A DNA stretch of 63,205 nt, the filler included, from Platydemus manokwari (taxonomy: Eukaryota), in assembly GCA_037951405.1 (NCBI GenBank). It is 6 parts of 6 records of this genome, joined end to end, with 100 filler letters (N's around TTAATTAATTAA, not from the genome) between each part and the next. Parts side by side here need not be neighbours in the genome. Positions count along the whole stretch, not along the records: positions 49,258 to 63,205 come from JBBMOY011569189.1; 5 more parts are not named here. One strand, 5' to 3'. Made by a program: the position numbers and the translations under genes. Position 1 is the first letter of the stretch. Each line of letters starts with the position of its first letter. Shown piece by piece: positions 53,459 through 63,205 of this stretch. The notes under the pieces are model-generated. The model was not told where the DNA came from, did no database searches, and saw nothing but the letters and a program-made list of their open reading frames with translations.

Positions 53459-55049
53459 TTTAAACAAATGGTAAAATATTTAGATAAGTGTGTTTATATT
53501 AAGCAATATTATAAAAGTACACATTGCGTAATTCAATGCATTTATCAGTTATTTACACTTGAGGCATTTTTCGAAAGAATAAAAATAACAGGCATTTGTT
53601 ACAGTCAGGATAAAGATAAAAAATAAAAGCAAATTAAGCAACTAAAATTATTTTAAACGCAATTATGACGCAATAGATTTCCAAATTTTTAACTATTTCT
53701 AGCACTGCAATTTTTGGGTTTAAACTGAGCTCTAGATTCGGTTATTGTTTTCTCGATCTATTAAAACAATTTTGAAATCAGTAAGATTTGATTAAATGAT
53801 GGAAATGGTGTTGATTTTCAATTTTTTCGGAACTGAAATAAGAATTGTTATTTATTGATGTATTATTTATTGTTGATCATTTGCTTTTTTTTTATTTCTT
53901 GTTTTTCTTTTACAAAAAAAGTTAATGATAAAATAGAGATAACATAATAAATCAAATAAATAGGTTATAAATTGGATGGTCGGATTAAATCAGCATAATA
54001 AAAAATAAAGTCTACGAATTCAGCACATTCCTAGTGTTTAACATCTCCCAATTTCCAGTTGAGATAAACAACATCGTCAGTTGTTGTATCCGGTGTGCTA
54101 ATAAATTTGAAATAACTGAATCACAATTGAACTGTAACTGAATAAGTTCATATCAGTAATATTCTGTAAGCCAGAATTCACTAATATCAGCGCACCAAAA
54201 TAATAAAAACAATTTTTGGTAAACAAAATAATTATGATAAAAAAGAGATCAGATTAAAAAAATTGTAATACGTAACATATGAAGATGTATTCCATATCAT
54301 GACCTATTCTAAGTAGCAAGCAAATATAGGGTTACAACGTATAAAATAACACTGGTATTTTGTAACTTTAGTTTCAATTATATTTGGGATTTTTAATCTT
54401 TTTAAGGGTATGGAACTCTACAATTACATGTCAACAGTTCTATTCTGAAAATTACACTTGAGAAATATACTGACACATTGAAATTTTGAAATAGCATATA
54501 CATTAAACAAAATAACTGCTCGGTAAAACCCTATAATTAATAATAATAAAGATATGCACTCACCTCAAATTGAAAATATTAATTTATCCAAAAAATCTCT
54601 AGTTCTATCTCAACAGAACCTCACAATAGTCGAATAATTAAATAATTAAAGTTCCAAATATCTGGATATTTACTAAAAATATCGCTTATTCTATTTAATT
54701 CATTGTTATAATAATTTCTCGTATTGTGATTTTATTTTGTATTTAAATTTGTATCTCGTTGTTATTATCGATTTGTATTTATTGTCATACCAATTATATT
54801 TTATTTAGATCAAGCCATTTATTCTATTATTATTCTACAAATTAATTCTTTTGGAGTGAGGTGTATCAACTAAATTCTATCAATTCAAATAAATATAGCT
54901 CAAATACATGATGGGATTTTAATATCCGACTAATCATCACACTGTTCTAAATTTGTTTACATTCAAGTTACATCAAATCGTAAACCTTATAAAATTCAAC
55001 ATAAGAGCAAACACCAACGTACAGAAAACTGTTGAATAAGCAGTACCGA

Positions 55050-55430
55050 TTTGTTTAACTTAAGAGACTCACAGAACCTTGATTTGAAAACCACTGAATT
55101 TTAGTGTAACATTTCTACCAAAAGATATCTATTTATAGAATTGCGTACATTGTAACATTTTCAGGTAATTTAGTGTATTTCCGTTTATTTTTGTTGACTT
55201 TGATATTAGCAATGTTGACTTATAGATGACACCAAATTATCGATATAAATCATTCATAAGCCATATGGCAACTTGTGATCATATCATTGTTTGCACATCA
55301 TTTTATTAATTGATTGTTTCGCTAAGCTAATCCTAAAGGTAAATTTGAATCATCATATTCTTTTTAGTAGTAAATGAATTTTATCAAGTTGTGATAAGAG
55401 TTGTTCTATGGAGTGATTTGTGTACAAGTT
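55050..55430 (-). pseudogene. Decayed gypsy-type reverse transcriptase fragment
   Basis: Minus-strand PIEQLLSQL ... YDHKLPYGL ... IYIDNLV ... KC ... RYL correspond to PxIDELL, LPFGL, YIDD, KC and YLG motifs, with deletions and stops. Confidence 0.55.
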
Positions 55431-57912
55431 TTACTAGGTCTGGAGTTAGAATCGTAATTGTGGATGAATGTGTTATGGCAAGTCAAATCAATTAATTATT
55501 TATATAAACTATAATTAATAACAATATTTTATAAAAAAAACATTAAAAAAGAAAATGTTAAACATTCGTAATAATTTAAAATCAACATGAGAATTATTTA
55601 TTATTACGTACATCATGGATTACTACAAATACTTCACAAAGTCATTACAGCTGCATCATTTGTAATTTATTAAACTTATAAATATAATTGAATTGGTTAA
55701 TTTTGAATATTTGTATTTTATTTATTATTTATTTATTTAATTTAAACAAATCCAATGATAATGTAATCTATTAATTCAAATTACGTATTATTGGTCAAAT
55801 TAATATTGAATTTTTTTTTAATATATTAAATGTTCTACAACTTATATTTATAAAATTATTGTGTAGTTAGTTAAGGAATAATTTGTGTGATTATTTCATT
55901 TTAACCGACAACATCTAATTACCATAAGCCGGTCTTTTTGAAGATTTTTATATTAGATCAAATATATATTTTGATATTTATTGTTTCAACAAAAAAATTA
56001 TTCTTGTATTAAATTAATTTTTCTCAAGGATCTTATAATTATCAAAAATCAAAATTTAAAACTAAACTCCTTTTCTTAGTTATTTAGAGGAAAACAGCGC
56101 ACGCACGACGCACGTACAGACAGATATATCGGGATAGCCGAAAGGACTCCATACAAATGGTTGTGCGGCTTCGAGCAGATCGCGACACTCTGAGGAGCAA
56201 TGAGGAATTTCAGCAGTTGACGAGCCGTCTGTAGAACACTTATTTGCTACCAGATGAAGATTTAAAATACGAGCTAGAGTCAAAAAGATCTGAACCAGAA
56301 AACAATATCACTGATACACAAACGAAATTTCTAATGTTCCAGAGTGGCAGGACCAAAGAGTTTTGGGAACAAAAGGTGACTGCCTGATATTCGTAATGTT
56401 GTTTATTGATTCTATACATCAAGTGTGCTACGAATGATTGTATCCACAGTCTCCCATTCTCTGCCTTTATCTTATGCATCTTAGGCAGTATATATGAATA
56501 CATGAAATAATATATATTTATGATCATTGTTTAGAGTCTTGAAAAACAATAATGAGTAGAAATAATAAACTGTATTTGATATAATGATGATAAGATACAC
56601 ACCAATGAACTCGACGAAAAATGATGATAATTAATAATATAATTAATGAAACCTGAGATTAAGATCATTTAAAAAAGGAAATCACAAGTTTAAGATGAAT
56701 TATTTAAAGGAGCACAAATGTAAACATTGATCATTAGAAATAGCAAGTAGTCCAAAGAGAATTGTCGAAATTTAAAGAAACATTTAGGTTATCATAAAAC
56801 ATTAGCAATATTATTTCTATAAAAGTTGGCAACTTTATCAGAAAATTTGGGCCACATAAGGTCAGGAAAAATTCACAGAGAATAGAACTAAAATATCAGC
56901 GTGATACGGGGTAATTTGAAAAATACAAGCTAAAGTTAATAGTTGTGAATCTCCAATTGAAACTAATAGACGGCATTATCGACTTCCTGTTTTGACGCAA
57001 TAGAAACACGTTGGGACATTTCGAACATATTATAACCGAAGTCACCAGAGTACCCAGTAAGAACCACTAATATTTAATCACTCTGTGATATCGTATTTTA
57101 AAAATTCGGATTGTAAAAACATTCTAAACAACCTATGAACTTTTCTGGAGTACATGCTATTGACGTGGAACCCACATATGTATTATTATTCTTTGTGAGC
57201 GAGCTCAAGAGAACTCAACCAACTAGCAATCAACAACCATAACTGATAGTAATCCTATTTACTAGAAAATCGAGCAATTCTCTAAGAATCTCAAACAAGC
57301 AAACTTACCGGACGTATCAAAGGATTGACCAATTTTATAAAAAGATGTGAGGACTTGTACCACCGCATCGTGAAGATTTTTATGTTTATGCTAAATAAAT
57401 TTTATCCCCCTTTGCACGAGACTGCTTGTTTATATAAATTGTTGAGATGATATTTTTTATGTAATCGAAGACATTAATTCTTCGAGTACAACAACAGAGC
57501 GTTTAATCTATTTATTGCATCTGGACTTTCAGACAGGAAACATTGTCTGAGGAGTCAACGATGACGATTCGGATTTCTATATCTACATAACAACAGTATA
57601 TATATCTAGATAAACAGAAACCCGAACACTGTCAGATTTAGATTCGGTATCGATAGAAACGGTAATTGTCTAGCGACTGCTTACAATGTAATTTCGTGTC
57701 AATAAACGTATTTTATTAGAAATTGCCTCGATTATTTGTGTTGCAAAAAGGTACATTTTTTCAGTTTTTTCAAAAAGAATGATTTGAGATTCATAAATAA
57801 TCGCTATACAGAGACTGATAGTAAAAGAGATTGTTTGACATCTAAATCTAAATCGTTAATAAAATGCCAGAACACAAGATAATTTTTAATAAACACAAGT
57901 TTGCCTTCTAGT

Positions 57913-58900
57913 ATGAACATGAAAAATATAAATTTAAAATAAAAGAAAAGAATTTAACCATTGATGAAAACAGAGGTAAAATTATTTGATGAAAAAAGGG
58001 CCGTTATAAAAGCTTATTTTGATCGAAATACAATCTACATTGTGAATTGTGATTGCATAAATAATCTTATGACAGTGAGGGATTCCATTTTAGAACCAAA
58101 TTTGAATATAAAACAGAAAATACAATCATTTTACGAGTAGTTCCTTATTCGGAGTATTAAGAATATAAGTGGCAATATATTGCAACGGAAGTGTTAAAAT
58201 TAGCACAATACTTTGGAAATCATGATTTTAAAGCGTAAAATACCTGGCTTCATTCTTTTATTTCAAGTCATATCATATCGTCCAAAAGAATTATTGGAGA
58301 ATCTAAAACCGCCGAGAAAATATTTGTTCTTAATTTTAATCAAAGTTGAAGAAATATGAGGATAGAGATGTTTATAACTGTGTTAGGGCTTGCTCTTCTG
58401 AGAAAGTTCATTAAATAGAACTCGCACAATTTGTAAAGAACATAAGACAAGTGGTGAATTTTCTAAATATCGAATAACTATGATTTTTGGAGTTAATAAT
58501 AAAGAAATAATATAGCCTTAAGGAATAGGCGAATCAAATAAATCCCGTTATTTTACACATTAGAAAAGTCACCCGTTTGTTATCAATGGAATAAAAAGTT
58601 TTGAATAAATCTTACAATTTTCTAAGATTGGCTTAAACTTTAAATGCAGAAGTACGTAAAATCTTATTATTGTTAGATATCGCGCCTTTCCACCCGATAA
58701 ATCATCTTTCATTCGACCTCTTAACACAGGTAATATAAAGGCCATTAAGGATTATCATAGGAAGTGTTAAAGCACATCAATGAATTTTGATTTCAGTAAA
58801 AAAGGTGAAGGTTCAGAAAGAGTGGTGCAAAAAGTTGATAGTGTATAATCAAGGATAATCTCTATTTGTTTTAATAAGTTCCCTTTTATGTTTGGAAATT
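57913..58900 (+). mobile_element. Tigger/pogo (CENP-B HTH + DDE_1) transposase fossil
   Basis: Ordered motifs across frameshifts: ISGNILQ..LAQYFGNHDFKA*NTWL, KRIIGES, YEDRDVYNC, SKYRITMIFGVN, IGESNKSRYF, RKILLLLDIAPFHP, IRPLNTGNIKAIKDYHR. Boundaries approximate; TIRs not identified. Confidence 0.85.
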
Positions 58901-60499
58901 AATCCAAAGATTGATGAACAACTTTTATTAGATCTAGTAGAGAAGAGCCAAAAAGATCTGAAGAATTGGAGCAAAATTTAAAAGAAATTTTCGAGTCAAA
59001 TTCCAGATACGAACAATAAAATATTGAAATCAATGGATAATATTGAAGGATAAATAGAATCAAGTAATTAAAAATGTCAGTTTATTGGTTTTTATTATTT
59101 TAATAAAATGTTTAATAAAAGTTGGTACTTTCACATTAAGCGGGTTTATATATGTGTGTACGTATGTGTAATTCAGTCCAGTGTTCTATGGGCATGTGAC
59201 GTCCCGTCAACATAAACTTAAAGAAAAGACCACGACAAGTTGGTCCATAATTTTAAAAATTCAACAAAACAATCCACCACAATGCACTCAGAAACAAACT
59301 CCAATTCCTCAACCACCTCTGACTTACAATTCTACAAATATTCCACAAGCATATACGACGTCCAGGCAATATGAACTTAATATATTATCCCGATAATTGA
59401 GTTCAAAATTTCATCGATCTGCCAAATTATTCAACAGAACTCCGGTATTTTCGCTCAGTCTTCTCGATTCCCGCATTAATCTGCTCACTAACTCTTCTCA
59501 CTAAAAAATCAAAAATTCGTCAACAAGTCCCATTATTTGGTGCTGCCGTCACCTAAGGATAGCAGATAGATTTCTCAACCAGTTACAGGAATAAAAGCAA
59601 AAAGAGAAATTAGTAAATTTTATTAAGTCGACGTGATGGATATTTCCACCGCGACGTGAAGACCATGTTTATGCTTAATAAATATTAGTTTTTTTTAGAG
59701 AAATGCTGTTATTTGTCGTTTTTTTTATCCTAATTTCTAATATTTGACCGGATAAATACAATCAATATTACACCAGATGATTCCTTATAATTAACAATGC
59801 ATTATATTTCCTCTTAAATCTCATAATTCGTTCATGCTTCATAATCACAATCAACATATTTATATTGCTTTCGTTGTTAATTATGATGGCGTCTCATTAA
59901 GGAAAGAAATTCGAATCACAATTTTTCCATTCATGTTCTTATTAATGGAATCTAATTAATCGAAGTTCATACAAATATTACCGTGTAGAGATTGCTGAAC
60001 AAAAATTCCAATAGAAAATAAATTGCTACTCAAAAAATAATTGGAAACATGACGTCGAAACCAATTCTCCAATCAATTCGAAATGAACTAACAGTAATTA
60101 AATCTCAGATATAAAGCTTTATGAATATAGCAAAAAACAAAGTATTTTATTTTGCAAGGATCGATATTTTCCGATTATTTTTAATTTCATTGATTAGGAA
60201 CAAATGATGTATAGACTGTTTAATTACGTTACAAAAATGTCTGAAACAGTAACGGTATCGTTCAGGACAGTGCAGACTGTTTGGAAAGCGCAATAACAGT
60301 GCATTACCAACCGTCGCAATATCATATTATTAATATTGTATTGATAATTTATTGATATTTAGAATCAAAGAGCAAATAAACGACATTCAAACATCAATAG
60401 ATATTAAATTGAACCATCTCATAAAAGATGGAATACAACCGACGTGATTTGTATACATAATTGATATAAGTAATTAAAGTAAGTGGAATGATTAGGAAG

Positions 60500-60980
60500 T
60501 TATTTACTTTAAATAGCAGCTTGTCTGTTAATTTCCAGATTGAACCGATCTATGGGGGGAATTAAAAATATCTGAACTGGCCACAAACCAAGTCTCGTAC
60601 AGTAAAGTTTTTCTCCTTTAATAACGAAAACCAGTCCCATTCTGATTTTTTAGAAATATTACCCGCCATGTACAGTTTCGTGATTTAGACGTCAAACATT
60701 TTGGACGGGGAAACATTTGCGAAGAGCTGTATTTACCATTCTAAATCATGGTTTTCATTTATGAAGGCAACAAATAACTGGTAATATCATTTGAATAACT
60801 CATTAGGGGAAATGTTTTCCTTATAATTAAATCTTATTGATTGATTCAAGAGTATTGAGAGAGAGACCTTTAAAATCAAACCATTTCGCCAACTTGTCTT
60901 TTAAACAGCCGGAAAATATTTGCGGAATAGAGTTAAGGAGTCTTGATTAAATTTCAGTGTGAATCTGCGAACATATATTT
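60500..60980 (-). pseudogene. Possible decayed retrotransposon gag fragment
   Basis: Minus-strand EIYVRRF...GCLKDKLAKWFD...LRKCFP resembles retrotransposon capsid motifs; weak. Confidence 0.3.
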
Positions 60981-63132
60981 CGATATTTTTCAATTAAAGA
61001 AAGAATTTTGAAGATCTAAGTTTAATTAAAGTAAAATTTTATTAAATAAAGTCATTATGTTTAGTTATTAAAGTGATATTGCTTGATTAAGTCAGATAAA
61101 AGTTTTTAAAGTAATGATAATTCCATTAAATGTATAATTTTAAGATAATATATTAATAAAATCAATCAAATAAGAAAGATTATCATTGTGACGAAAGTGA
61201 TAACCCTACTATTAGTTAGTTTGGTTAAAAGATTAATAAAAGATTATATTTTTAAAGTTTAAATTTCACCTTCAAAGTTTCAAACCAATATCTTGGATAG
61301 GGTGAAAGGAAACTTTTTATATTTTTCTATTATTAAAATTGTTTTGGTCGATTAGGTCAGATAATTATTTTTTAAATAATAATAATTTCAGTAAATATAT
61401 AACTAAAAAAAATATATTAGCACAAATAAGCAAATAAGAAAGACAACCAATGTACGGAGAATTAATAATGGTAACCCAATAATCTAATTTTTCAATTTCT
61501 ATTTTCATTTCAAAGGAAATTCATTTTTTCACGGACTTAAGGTTTGTTATAAAACGTTTGGAAAAGTTATTTCAATAATTCACAAAATATATTTATAATT
61601 GTCAAAACATATTGGTTTATATAAATCAATTTTAAGTGGTATGTGGAATTAAACAGCATTGTAAACATGTTATCAGTTACCAATATTTTTGAATTTAATA
61701 AAATACAAACCATTAATTAGCTTGATATTAAATAAGCCATTTTTAAATAACTAGTTTGTGTCTATCTGAATTAAAATCGTTGATATAAATCTATATTTAG
61801 TGAGTCGAGATTCTTAATTTAATGTTATATTGTACTTTTATCAGCTTCCAACTGCTAATTTAACCTTTGATTTAGTGATGAAAATTTTTTTTTTGAAAAA
61901 ATCACAAAATTACTAATGAGATTAATAATAAGCATAATTCGAAATTTATTTTTTTATGTTTTGAAATTATAAATATATGTTTTGATAATTAGAGTATTTA
62001 AAAGTGATGATGATGAATTGTGAATATATTTGTCAGTTAAATTAGTTGATTTACTCGTGCTTCAAAACTATTACAGTTTTTACGGCCTACAGCGAAATTT
62101 ACTCGTGAAATTTAACTCTTTAATGCATTTCTGAGGAACATTAAATATAAGTTTATATTTGAACGATATTATGAATTAGTTTTATTATTGTTTTTATGGT
62201 TTTTACTGTAAGATTGTGGAAAATAAAATAGTGATACTTTTAATACACATTTATCAATGTTCAATATAGTTCGTCAGTGACTCGGCAGACATATGCATAT
62301 AGAAGTGAAGAGAATTTTAAAACTAGCTTTTCAATTATATAGACATTATAAGGGAATTTTCAAGCTATATGCCAAATAATCAAAAATTTAGGATTGTTAT
62401 ACTGTGGATTAAATTACTAAAAGCTAGGAATGGATTTAAAAATTCTGATAAGTATTAAATTATGAAGTTTTATTGTTGTATTATAGTTGGTTTATATTCA
62501 AACCAGATTGCATTGAGAATTGCATAGTGATTTGATTAATGACAAGAAAAGAGGTAAGGATAACTCTTAAACTATGTAAGTATTATCAAGGGTGTCCAAG
62601 TACAGTCACTAGATTACATGTATAAGTTATCATAACTTACTATCCTAACAGACTTATTATTAGCTAATAAACTATAAAATTAAAACGAAGCACCGCTCGA
62701 AGATAATTGTTATTAATATTTATACCATATCGCTCAAATAAGGCAAAGCCTCTTGAATAAGTTACATAAGATGTATGACCAAATAGAATTGGATTTCAAA
62801 CTTAGAAGACAAAAACGTCGCATGCCAATTACTGTGATTATAATACTGATAATCTATCACACAGGATGCACTTTTAGAGATTCATGATGACAATCATTAG
62901 TTTTTGCCTTTCTATTTTTCAAAAGTGAAAATGGTCTTTGGTATTTCATCAGAATTTTTGTTGAAATGACATTCAAAATCACGAGTGGTATTTCTCATTT
63001 ATAAAAGTGTTAATTTTAAAATTGTATTTTTAATTGCTAATCGGTAATATCTGGTCAATAATGTTGACAAAATAGGAATTTAATTCTTTGATTTAACTAA
63101 CAAATCTTTTTTATTAATTCCTCGTTTCACAA

Positions 63133-63205
<73 letters not shown>
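63133..63205. repeat. (ATT)n microsatellite at window end
   Basis: Direct reading. Confidence 0.97.

Overview
Very AT-rich eukaryotic DNA, most consistent with a triclad flatworm (planarian). That call is an inference from 46-51 nt GT-AG introns, (ATT)n tracts and gene content. The window is not one locus: six sequences (1-11244, 11345-20868, 20969-30870, 30971-40143, 40244-49157, 49258-63205) are joined by artificial 100-nt spacers (N44-TTAATTAATTAA-N44), so adjacency across spacers has no biological meaning. Supported genes: a complete single-coding-exon LRR transmembrane protein (-); the 3' exons of an abLIM/dematin-like villin-headpiece gene; the 3' exons of guanylate kinase; the 3' exons of an SLC6 transporter; an intronless divergent rhodopsin-class GPCR; and the first coding exon of a Brahma/SMARCA2/4 ATPase (-). 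The villin-headpiece domain and guanylate kinase are not recognisable from the ORF track and were found by manual splicing. Non-coding DNA holds three solo LTRs of one family (TGTTGG...CCAACA ends, each with its own 4-bp TSD), a Tigger/pogo transposase fossil, gypsy RT fossils, satellites and several hairpins. I found no convincing novel multi-gene system. The best leads are modest: the LTR family, a TIR-less LRR receptor, candidate microexons and structured RNA-like elements.
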